NCBI RefSeq assembly: GCF_900083515.1
Contig: NZ_LT671858.1
Span: forward strand, 90,001-122,000
DNA: 32,000 bases
Origin: Cuniculiplasma divulgatum
Lineage (GTDB): Archaea > Thermoplasmatota > Thermoplasmata > Thermoplasmatales > Thermoplasmataceae
Reading direction: 5' to 3'
The notes under the pieces were generated by a model. That model did no database searches. It had not been told where the DNA came from and worked only from the letters and a program-made list of their open reading frames with translations. Each line of letters starts with the position of its first letter. Positions within the stretch are counted from its first letter, which is position 1. Of this stretch, positions 8,881-16,755 are shown in pieces. The translations under genes were made by a program, and so were the position numbers.

Positions 8881-8920
8881 AGTATTCACTTAAAACTTTA
8901 ATCAAATCCCGACCGGTCCA
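8881..8920 (+). repeat. 40-bp cassette-boundary repeat, copy 4 (closest to consensus)
   Basis: AGTATTCACTTAAAACTTTAATCAAATCCCGACCGGTCCA. It contains the 8-bp palindrome GACCGGTC and the imperfect inverted repeat ATTCACTTAAA/TTTAATCAAAT. Confidence 0.9.
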
Positions 8921-8957
8921 TATTAAGTCATCTTGGTCAGGAAACATTTTCTATTCA

Positions 8958-9401
8958 TCATCTAATTTCATCAATTACTTTTATATCCTTGACGTTCTTG
9001 AAAGACTGGTCATGAGTGATGAGGGTGTTGGATCCTACTGACTTCATTGTGGCAAGAATTACACAGTCCCTCGAGCCAAGCCCCATGGAACCATAAGTTG
9101 ACAGAAGATTAATTGACGATTGCATGATAGTAGCGGTGAAATCAACTAGACTAAGAGTTGTGAGGTCAGCTATGATTCTCATTTTCTCGTTCAAAATATC
9201 CGGTGGGATCATCCTAAAGTAGTGTGCTACTTCCATTAAGGTAACAGTGCTGACCACTACATCACCCTGAATAGTTCTTTGCATTACATCGTCAACTGAA
9301 TCATGCTCTGGGAGTCTTTCATCGAACCAGTAAATCCAGTAATTAGCATCTACATATGATAGGACCAATGGAATCTCACTTCCAGATGTGTTTAAGCTCA
9401 A
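8958..9401 (-). CDS. vapC: PIN-domain VapC toxin (intact)
   Basis: Acidic positions are present: YVDANY, LMEVAH, SRDCVILA, ITHDQSF. An internal TTG at 9368 may be the real start. Confidence 0.8.
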   Translation of the reverse strand: MSLNTSGSEIPLVLSYVDANYWIYWFDERLPEHDSVDDVMQRTIQGDVVVSTVTLMEVAHYFRMIPPDILNEKMRIIADLTTLSLVDFTATIMQSSINLLSTYGSMGLGSRDCVILATMKSVGSNTLITHDQSFKNVKDIKVIDEIR

Positions 9402-9630
9402 GAGGATCGCTTAACGGTATCTCAGAACCTTTTTTGATAAATCCTCTCATCTTTACGCGAAATTCATCCGGGGATACAGATTTTTCAATTATTAGACGAT
9501 TGGATTCAATGTACATTTTTACTCTCATTCCATTCTTGAGTCCGAGAGAGTTTCTGACATTTTTCGAGATCACTATTCTACCCTTTTCATCTATCACAGT
9601 CTCTTGTCCCATTCCCACTTCATTTCCCAC
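9376..9630 (-). CDS. vapB: AbrB/SpoVT-family VapB antitoxin
   Basis: IDEKGRIVISKNVRNSLGLKNGMRVKMYIESNRLIIEK is a typical swapped-hairpin AbrB/MazE motif. The gene lies directly upstream of the PIN gene on the same strand. Confidence 0.8.
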   Translation of the reverse strand: MGNEVGMGQETVIDEKGRIVISKNVRNSLGLKNGMRVKMYIESNRLIIEKSVSPDEFRVKMRGFIKKGSEIPLSDPLELKHIWK

Positions 9631-9736
9631 ATATCAAATCAGTATGTAAAGTTTTCGCCGATTTTCAAATTGTAATTATTATGGGATACCGACTGATTTG
9701 AGGGCGAGGAATCTCCATGGATTGCTTGAAGAAATT

Positions 9737-9776
9737 GGTGTTCCCTTAAAACTTTAATCAAATACCGACCGGTCCA
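9737..9776 (+). repeat. 40-bp cassette-boundary repeat, copy 5
   Basis: GGTGTTCCCTTAAAACTTTAATCAAATACCGACCGGTCCA. 36/40 identical to copy 4. Confidence 0.9.
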
Positions 9777-9856
9777 TTTTAATTTTGCTCTTATATATAC
9801 ACCAGTCGGACTTAGAACATTTATGCTCAACTCTCTCGTTGCATTAGATTATGTCT

Positions 9857-10665
9857 TTATTCATGATTGGCACAATTCATCTCAGCGTATCCTTTTACAC
9901 ACTTCATGAGAGTTATAAAACTCGTAAACTCCAGATTATTAAGAGGTTTAAAAGTGTTAGGCATAATACTGGCAATTTTCAACTCACTAACAAAGCCCTG
10001 AAATGAGGTCTTAAATGAATTGAGGAAGCATTACCAAGAGAACCTTCTTAAAATGGTCATACCAGGGAATGTAACTATAATAGATTCCCCCGATGGCAGG
10101 TTATCCAGTGGTAAAATATCGTAAATCCACACTTGCATCAAAATCATACCTTGAACTTGATAAAAAGATTGGAAGAAAATAGTCGAAAACCTTTCTGGCG
10201 CTATAGAAGAATTTCCTGATGATTTAGTAAGTTGCATAATTAATATCCCTCACTTAATTTATTATATTCATTGTAAAAATAAACATTTAACATTATCTCC
10301 TGAATTATACATTCAGGTTTAACGGCCCTTACTGTTTCACCGAATAATCTCTTCATTCCGGGGAAATATATTTCAATATTCCATCTTAGGCCGTAATTAT
10401 TCTTAATCTTCCATAATTTTTCATTGAATCTTTTAATAAATCTTGTAACTTTGCATCTATAGGGAGGTCCCTTAGGTAATGTCGATGAGTTTTTTCTTAC
10501 AGGTATTGCAGTTTTATTTTTTAATTTATTGTAAATTAATTTGAAATCATATACATTATGTCCATATAGTTTCTTTATTTTCTTTTTAATTCATCTTATT
10601 ATTTTTATACCCTCCATGACATCATTGGTATTTTCACTGTGAATAAAGGAAGTCAATAAATATTA
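9857..10665 (-). mobile_element. Decayed DDE (IS4/IS5-superfamily-like) transposase fragments in permuted order
   Basis: Minus-strand frame 10590-10240 reads IKKKIKKLYGHNVYDF...IPVRKNSS...NYGLRWNIEIYFPGMKRLFGETVRA...QEIMLNVYFYN, a C-terminal D...E region. An in-frame TGA precedes it. Downstream on the same strand, 10237-9857 reads like an N-terminal part (…ILRRFSW*CFLNSFKTSFQGFVSEL…) with an in-frame TAA. Confidence 0.55.
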
Positions 10666-10683
10666 TATCACTCTATATTCATT

Positions 10684-10896
10684 ATGAATGCATGTTCTCC
10701 GATTATTAAATTTACAGAAAGAGAGAAAAATGTTTGCAACATAATTTGCAATTCAGGCAAGATAAGATTTATTGATATTAAAAATAAGAGTGGTCTTCAT
10801 CAGGAAATCCTTTCAAGAACATTGAAAAGAATAAAGGATGACTGCGGTATATCTAAATGCATTAATGGTTATGAATGCAATAAAAGTGGTCAATAA
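10684..10896 (+). CDS. Small winged-helix DNA-binding protein (hypothetical)
   Basis: The 70-aa ORF has an HTH-like segment, IRFIDIKNKSGLHQEILSRTLKRIKDDCGI. The local composition is very AT-rich. Confidence 0.4.
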   Translation: MNACSPIIKFTEREKNVCNIICNSGKIRFIDIKNKSGLHQEILSRTLKRIKDDCGISKCINGYECNKSGQ

Positions 10897-10905
10897 ATAG
10901 CATTA

Positions 10906-11193
10906 ATGAATACATTAATTGGTGAGAAAATGGCGGAAAAGGAAGTTGTACAGAAGAATGATGGCGTAGAAATTATAGTGCCAGAAAGTGCAGATGCTGA
11001 TGATATTAATGAGGTTATTAGATCATGTTCCTCAGGCGAAAATTCATGCTCATGCTGTTCTTCTGATTTTTTAAGTGAAAATAAGGTAGGCGTGTATGAA
11101 TTGAACGGGCATGAAGTTATAAAAATAATGGGTAATGTCAAAAAGGATGAAATCGAAAAGAAGATAAATAGCTGTTCATGCTTCGACAAATAA
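10906..11193 (+). CDS. Small acidic Cys-rich protein (hypothetical)
   Basis: The 95-aa ORF contains the clusters CSSGENSCSCCSS and NSCSCF. The probable start is MAEKE at 10930. It follows the wHTH gene by 10 nt. Confidence 0.35.
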   Translation: MNTLIGEKMAEKEVVQKNDGVEIIVPESADADDINEVIRSCSSGENSCSCCSSDFLSENKVGVYELNGHEVIKIMGNVKKDEIEKKINSCSCFDK

Positions 11194-11354
11194 AAATTTT
11201 AAATTTTTTATTAAATTTTATAGTAAGTTGCATAATTCATTTTAATAAAATTTACAATTAAATCTAAGTCAACTGCGCTTTTAAATGGACGGAATTGACT
11301 GGTTTTCTATAACTCCAAAACCCATCAGATTTGGTTCAAATTGTTCGGCATTTC

Positions 11355-11394
11355 GGTATTCGCATAAAGCTTTAATCGAATCCTAACCGGTCTA
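11355..11394 (+). repeat. 40-bp cassette-boundary repeat, copy 6 (most diverged)
   Basis: GGTATTCGCATAAAGCTTTAATCGAATCCTAACCGGTCTA. 32/40 identical to copy 4, with the same register and no indels. Confidence 0.7.
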
Positions 11395-12124
11395 TTTAAC
11401 ATTGATGATCACAATTCAAGAAATACAAAACCATGAGCACTGACTCAATTTTTAATAGGGAACAGAGGAACCAAATGTAATGGTAAGTCCACATGCATGG
11501 TCATAAGAAAATTCTAGAGGTAGTAAGGAGAAATGACAAATTCTCAAGTATTTGTGACTCATGTGTGACAATGTTTAAGAAACACAGGGTTTCGGTAAAT
11601 GAATACCTAAATGGGCACAGAGATTTGGTCTAACTAAATGAAGTTCTTCTTAGTGACAATATCAGGATATATGCGGAGACAATCATGGCATTGTATTCAC
11701 TTAGCTTTTCTATATTAACAAAGGAGACATTTAGCCTTTTTGCAGCCAACCAAAAAACCTATAAATACAGGATAGTTCATCTCAAAATATTCAAAACGTA
11801 CTACAGTTAAGGAAAATTATTCCTGAACTGCCTCTATATAATTTCAACAAAAGACAACAATCCGGTGGTAGAAATACAAGTGAATTTCCTCAATTATAAT
11901 TTTTCTATTCGTTGCAGAATTACATCATTCACTTCTAACCATTTTGTTAATACTTAAAATTCTAAATTATATTTTTTAAACCTAACTGATTGTCTAATTT
12001 GTCCAATATAAGATAAATATGCATTCACTAACGATTCATACATTATGAAACAAGCCTTCTTTTTTGGATAGCATCGACATAAATGTCTGAACACATAAAA
12101 CCGTACTATCCCTAATCTGATATT

Positions 12125-12367
12125 TTATTTATCTATTTTCTGACCAAGATATACCAGATTAGTCTTAAGAGGCTTATTCGGATCAACTTCAGGAATGTTA
12201 CAATCACATTTCCACTTGCAATCTAATGTAATTACGTGTCCAGCAGGCCAGTGTGGTAAACCCAGGAGCTTACTTCTTGTTATGTGATGCAACCATTTTG
12301 AATTATAATTAACAACAGTATGTCCACAATTCTTACAGACACCAAACTCTAAACGAACCATATACAA
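12125..12367 (-). CDS. Small Cys/His-rich (zinc-binding?) hypothetical protein
   Basis: The 80-aa ORF has CKNCGH...H H...CKWKCDC. I recognised no family. Confidence 0.3.
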   Translation of the reverse strand: MYMVRLEFGVCKNCGHTVVNYNSKWLHHITRSKLLGLPHWPAGHVITLDCKWKCDCNIPEVDPNKPLKTNLVYLGQKIDK

Positions 12368-12617
12368 ACACTACTCACTGCTCAATCATATTGACATACT
12401 ATTACAAACATATAACCTTTAGCAGAAACTATATACTAATCAATTAAATTTTCTCTGCAGGCATTCCTGGTCTGCTTTTCAAACAAAATCAATCCCTTAT
12501 TTTTATTTCATAGAAACATGATTGAGATTTAATGATTTTATTCAAGTTTTTTCGCTATTTCTCAATCTAACACAAAGAAAATAACCTATATGGTATAGTT
12601 CATAGAATATTGGATCA

Positions 12618-12956
12618 ATGATCGAGGAGAATAAGAAGGAATGCTCCAGTGTGGAATATGGTTCAGAAGAAAGTTTATATCTTTTACAAATGTGTATGAA
12701 ACTGAATCAAATGGGAAGCAAGAACATATCCATTTCGGAAGATGCATACTTAAGATTATCAGAGTTAAAGCTAAAGAACGAAAGTTTTACAGAACTCATC
12801 TATAGGCTGACAAATAAGTCAAATGTGCTTGACCTAAGGGGAATCATGAGTGAAGATGAGGGAAAATCCATAGAGAAAAATATTAGAGAGTCAAGGAAAA
12901 TGAGTAAGGAAAGAGTAGATAGAATTACTGACGAGTTAAATAGAAACGTTAGCTGA
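12618..12956 (+). CDS. VapB-like antitoxin (archaeal putative-antitoxin type)
   Basis: NISISEDAYLRLSELKLKNESFTELIYRL matches the short archaeal antitoxins that precede PIN genes. The likely real start is ATG 12711 (MGSKNISI...). Confidence 0.5.
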   Translation: MIEENKKECSSVEYGSEESLYLLQMCMKLNQMGSKNISISEDAYLRLSELKLKNESFTELIYRLTNKSNVLDLRGIMSEDEGKSIEKNIRESRKMSKERVDRITDELNRNVS

Positions 12957-13011
12957 TACTTCATTTCTAATTGACATATTGAAATTTGACATGATAATTG
13001 AAGCTCGATAA
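12940..13011 (+). pseudogene. About 20-codon stub of a PIN-domain toxin
   Basis: The frame overlapping the antitoxin stop reads ..LADTSFLIDILKFDMIIEAR*. This is a canonical PIN N-terminus (DTSFLID) that ends after about 20 codons, and it has no canonical start codon. Confidence 0.5.
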
Positions 13012-13148
13012 TATAGCATCTAAAGAATTCATAAGATTTAAATTCTATAAGACAATATTATTAACAAAAGGATAAATGTAAATCACATGGACGTTAAGAT
13101 TAGGAATACTGCACCAGAAGTGTATAATGTAAGTAGGGGTAACAAAAG

Positions 13149-13364
13149 ATGAAACCTATTTCAAACAGAATTATGATCCCACTCATGGTTATTGAGATAA
13201 TTCTAATCGCAGTTACGCCATATATAATGGGAGGTTTTGTGAGCCAGGGATATTTTGCTACTTTGTTCACTGAGTTGCTAACCCTGGTTTCCATGATTGT
13301 AGGCATTAAGGCGAGAATAAACTGGGAACGAAATAGAGATTACCAGAATAGTGTAAAAATTTAA
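13149..13364 (+). CDS. Small two-helix membrane protein (hypothetical)
   Basis: The 71-aa ORF has two hydrophobic helices and a basic tail. Confidence 0.35.
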   Translation: MKPISNRIMIPLMVIEIILIAVTPYIMGGFVSQGYFATLFTELLTLVSMIVGIKARINWERNRDYQNSVKI

Positions 13365-13636
13365 ATTAAGTGATTCAGTACCTATTTTTAGATACATGAA
13401 ATATAAGATCATTTTATCACTATTTTTTTGTTTTTCCAGATCATATATCTACCTATAGTTTCTTAAAGAGTGAACGAGGATTGTAGGTAGATATTTTATA
13501 GATCTCTTCTTAGTTCATCATCGAACCAAATCATTAATGAATATGATAAATCCTAAAAGAATATTTCAGATCAAAACGTAACTATTTTCAATGGTTCATT
13601 CAGTTTTTCAAAATGATTCATAAAATCAAAAATAAA

Positions 13637-14425
13637 TCAAAGGTTCTTGAAAATAACTGTTGTTAGGGAGGCAGCATTGAATTCGATTTCGTTTGACAAA
13701 ACTCTTGATTTGAATTTCTCACCAACTGCTCCCTGAATGAACCTTAGGGGAAGATTATGTCCCTCCGGAGAGGCTGCCCTTACAATATCTGGTGGAGCAT
13801 TCCAGATCTTTTCCCAGTTACCTTCATTAAAGGCTGAAATGCAAAGATTCAGATACTCAACCGCCGCTGGAGGTGTTTCCTGATTGCCTCTCTGGAAAAG
13901 ATCAAGCCTGTGAATCAGAGATCCTGTTGAAAGGACGCAGATATTTTTCTTAATAGATTGGGATCTCATAAGCTTGCCTAAAAGTACATGAGCCTGTGGA
14001 CCGATTTCAGGGCATATTGATAGGGGCACCACTGGCACATCTGAATCCCTGAAAATATGAAACAGCGGAGACCAGGCACCATGATCGAGCCCCCAGTTTG
14101 TTACTTGACCAATTCTTATAGAATTTTCAGATCCAAGTTTCATTATTTCCTTTGCAAGATCTGGATCACCTGGTGGTTCGTATTTGATCTCATAAAAATC
14201 AGATGGAAATCCATAGAAATCATAGATCTGTTTCAACCTTGGGCTTGAAACTATTCCGAATGATCCTGAAGTCTGAAAATGGGGTGACATTATAATGACA
14301 GCATCGGTAGTATCTCTGATCTCATCACCTAATGATCTCAACGCTGATAATGTTTTATCGTTTTTGACACCCAGATCCCCAATAAGTGTTGGGGTATTAG
14401 GCAGAAAGCACACGGAACTAATCAC
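13637..14425 (-). CDS. Class III extradiol ring-cleavage dioxygenase (LigB/4,5-DOPA dioxygenase family)
   Basis: The 262-aa ORF has IIMSPHF, WGLDHGAWSPL, VPVVPLSI and STGSLIHRL, which match the YgiD/LigB family pattern. Confidence 0.8.
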   Translation of the reverse strand: MISSVCFLPNTPTLIGDLGVKNDKTLSALRSLGDEIRDTTDAVIIMSPHFQTSGSFGIVSSPRLKQIYDFYGFPSDFYEIKYEPPGDPDLAKEIMKLGSENSIRIGQVTNWGLDHGAWSPLFHIFRDSDVPVVPLSICPEIGPQAHVLLGKLMRSQSIKKNICVLSTGSLIHRLDLFQRGNQETPPAAVEYLNLCISAFNEGNWEKIWNAPPDIVRAASPEGHNLPLRFIQGAVGEKFKSRVLSNEIEFNAASLTTVIFKNL

Positions 14426-14770
14426 ATCCCATCCATGTGAAAAATAATTATAAACATTATTAGTTTAATACAACAAGGATATCTAATGTATTCCAGTTCA
14501 TCTTGGTTTATGCAGTAAGAGAGATTCTGTCATTTCTATGGCTTGTAACCGAATTCATTTAACTGTAGTGATAAAGGTGTTAAGAAGGAAGATAGAAATA
14601 AAAACCCATTTGCGAATTAAAAAAAAGAACTAAAAAGAAAAAGACCGCTCAATCCTATAACCTCCGGTATATGATAGATGTCTGGCAATGAACCATTGAA
14701 GAGTTGCTATAATCGTGAAAATCCTTCTTTATCAAAATAAAAAGAATTAATTGAAGTATCGCGTTCCTTC

Positions 14771-15403
14771 TCACTTCATCTTCCTGAGAGACTTAAGGAG
14801 ATATTCTGGTATGGCTACGACGAGAATCATGTTATGATCTCCATCTTTTTTTTCATTCGTATCCTCAGGCTTAAAATTCTCAGGAGTGTCAACATAATCC
14901 ATAAAAGGTTTGAGTTTTTTAACGCCCGTTGAAAAGTGATCATTTGAAAGAGTGCTGAAAGAAAGATTTAGATAGCTTTTCGTTCCATCTTCAACAGCCC
15001 TCATCATGTCTTCATCTGAAACACTCATTATCTCCTGCGCAATGACTTTCAGGTTAAGTGACTGAGATAGTAAGAATGTGGCCATGAGGTTTCTCAATTT
15101 GTCAGGGGACATCTTCTTAAACTCTTCATTCATCTCTCCTGCCGTTGTCTGGTTAAAAGCAGAATCATTTAGAGAATAATATTTCTCCACATAATTTTTC
15201 CTGACAACAATATCTGGAGGATTCACGAAACCCTGTTCCTGAAGGTCTGAAATGGCCTGATAGAGATTTGACCTGCTGGTTTTGATATGTTTCGAAATCT
15301 GTGTAACAGTCATTTTTCCACTCAATGCGAGTAAGGCTATTATGTGGCTCTTTGTCTGGCTAGACATCACATCAAAGAGTTTTTCCAGTCTGTCCTGAGG
15401 CAT
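14771..15403 (-). CDS. Winged-helix transcriptional regulator (ArsR/TrmB-like N-terminal domain)
   Basis: SHIIALLALSGKMTVTQISKHIKTSRSNLYQAISDLQEQGFV. The gene is divergent from the MFS gene across a 50-bp gap. Confidence 0.7.
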   Translation of the reverse strand: MPQDRLEKLFDVMSSQTKSHIIALLALSGKMTVTQISKHIKTSRSNLYQAISDLQEQGFVNPPDIVVRKNYVEKYYSLNDSAFNQTTAGEMNEEFKKMSPDKLRNLMATFLLSQSLNLKVIAQEIMSVSDEDMMRAVEDGTKSYLNLSFSTLSNDHFSTGVKKLKPFMDYVDTPENFKPEDTNEKKDGDHNMILVVAIPEYLLKSLRKMK

Positions 15404-15409
15404 GCACTA

Positions 15410-15434
15410 AGATTTATATATAAGATATAAATCT
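15410..15434. promoter_or_regulatory. Candidate operator: perfect 10-bp inverted repeat in a divergent promoter region
   Basis: AGATTTATAT-ATAAG-ATATAAATCT is centred in the 50-bp gap between the regulator (start 15403) and the MFS gene (start 15454). It overlaps TATA-like sequence. Confidence 0.35.
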
Positions 15435-15453
15435 ACGTATAAGGCAAATTTAT

Positions 15454-16686
15454 ATGAGTAATGAAAACATACACGATTATAACCAGTGGAATAAGTTCCT
15501 GAAGTATCTTATGGGAAGAAATATCATCAGGGTAGCCTATTTTATATTCAACATATTCTTCGTTTGGAGAACAATTGTCGCGTACAATTCAGTTTTTCTT
15601 GCAGGATTAATACCAGCATTCTCACTGCTTGGATACCTGATCATAGTAATACCAGAGGGCCATATTCTTGACAGGCATAACAGAGGCACAGTTTTCAGGA
15701 TATCCTCTTTGCTGCTTGCGTTCACATATCTGATACTGGTTTACAGTGACAGCCTTGCCATTGTTTATCTGGTCGCACTCGTATCTTCCATACTATCATC
15801 AATAAATTCTGATGCTTTCAACACAATTCTAAAGGAAACCGTGAACGAGGAAAAAATTCAGTCTGCAGTTTCCCTGAGTCAGGGAACAAATGCGGTTTCA
15901 GAACTGTCAGGGATCATAGCAGGAGGGATTCTTCTATACCTTCCCTTTGAGTTTCTTGCCATCACCCTCTTCTCTCTACCTGTCATATCTCTCCTATTTG
16001 GGTTAGGTAAAACGCTGAATAGATCAGGCACGGTGGACAAATACGGTTTCAGGGGAGCATACCGTATTATACTGGTGCTTGTGCCTTTCCTAATGCTATC
16101 TTTACTCCTAAACGGTCTGTTCATCTCTCTGGATGTCTTCGGATCCGGTCTAATACACATAATTCTACATGGAACGCCATTTGATTATTCTTTATTTATT
16201 GCCGGATTCCCGTTCGGGATCATAGTTGGTTCTCTCTTCACAGGAAAGCTTTCTGGTGTAATAGCGAAGACAGGTACAATTTCCATACTTCTCGTTCCCA
16301 TGGGAATAGTGCTTCTATTTATTGCACTTTCAAGAATCATCTATCTTGATATAGCACTGGGAATTTTACTTGGGGTCATAGTGATATTTATAAATATAGG
16401 GCTTCAGACCATTTTCATGAAGGCAATACCGGATGGTGTTATGGGGAGGGTAAATTCCCTTGTCACAATTTTTTCAATTGGAGGTTCACCCCTGATGGCT
16501 GCACTTTTCAGTATACTCTCTAATTATTTCTATTTCCCATATATAATGGCTGCTGCAGGAATCTGTGCAGTTCTAGTTTCACTTCCTGCATTTAGGATTT
16601 TGAAAAATTTACCCGAAAAAGTGTCAGGTATTGCCAGGTTAGTAGAAAGTGAGGGTGAGTCCAATCTTATTCAGCAACCCTCTTAA
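15454..16686 (+). CDS. MFS transporter
   Basis: The 410-aa ORF has about 11-12 TM helices and an MFS motif-A-like loop, GHILDRHNRG. Confidence 0.8.
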   Translation: MSNENIHDYNQWNKFLKYLMGRNIIRVAYFIFNIFFVWRTIVAYNSVFLAGLIPAFSLLGYLIIVIPEGHILDRHNRGTVFRISSLLLAFTYLILVYSDSLAIVYLVALVSSILSSINSDAFNTILKETVNEEKIQSAVSLSQGTNAVSELSGIIAGGILLYLPFEFLAITLFSLPVISLLFGLGKTLNRSGTVDKYGFRGAYRIILVLVPFLMLSLLLNGLFISLDVFGSGLIHIILHGTPFDYSLFIAGFPFGIIVGSLFTGKLSGVIAKTGTISILLVPMGIVLLFIALSRIIYLDIALGILLGVIVIFINIGLQTIFMKAIPDGVMGRVNSLVTIFSIGGSPLMAALFSILSNYFYFPYIMAAAGICAVLVSLPAFRILKNLPEKVSGIARLVESEGESNLIQQPS

Positions 16687-16755
16687 TTAAATGCAATCTT
16701 TAAACAATGAATTATTAACCAACAGTCAAAATATGAGGTTCCCTTCTTAAGTATT

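Noticed and set aside
8881-8920. The repeat as the 3' half of a tRNA (ATCAAAT resembles a T-loop and the element ends in CCA), i.e. a tRNA-derived att site
   Set aside because: When laid out as T-stem/T-loop/acceptor, the putative T-stem strands (CTTTA versus CCCGA) cannot pair. The 5' part is far too AT-rich. I found no full tRNA anywhere in the window. A non-tRNA att site remains possible and is kept as an alternative in the main finding.
8838-9041. 67-aa ORF running through repeat copy 4, and 9639-9830 running through copy 5
   Set aside because: Both read across the conserved intergenic element. 8838-9041 also overlaps the 3' end of the PIN gene on the opposite strand. They are most likely chance ORFs.
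4732-11394. CRISPR array, suggested by a 40-nt direct repeat in one orientation
   Set aside because: The intervals are 0.86-1.65 kb and contain complete genes with their own signals. CRISPR spacers are tens of bp long. There are no cas genes in the window.
4732-11394. Classical bacterial-type integron attC sites
   Set aside because: There are no R''/R' GTTRRRY-type boxes, no long imperfect hairpin of 55-140 nt, and no intI-like gene in view. I therefore describe the array only as integron-like in organisation.
11493-11633. 46-aa ORF MHGHKKILEVVRRNDKFSSICDSCVTMFKKHRVSVNEYLNGHRDLV as a small zinc-ribbon gene
   Set aside because: It is below any length I can defend. It has only one CxxC and no recognisable ribosome-binding or promoter context.
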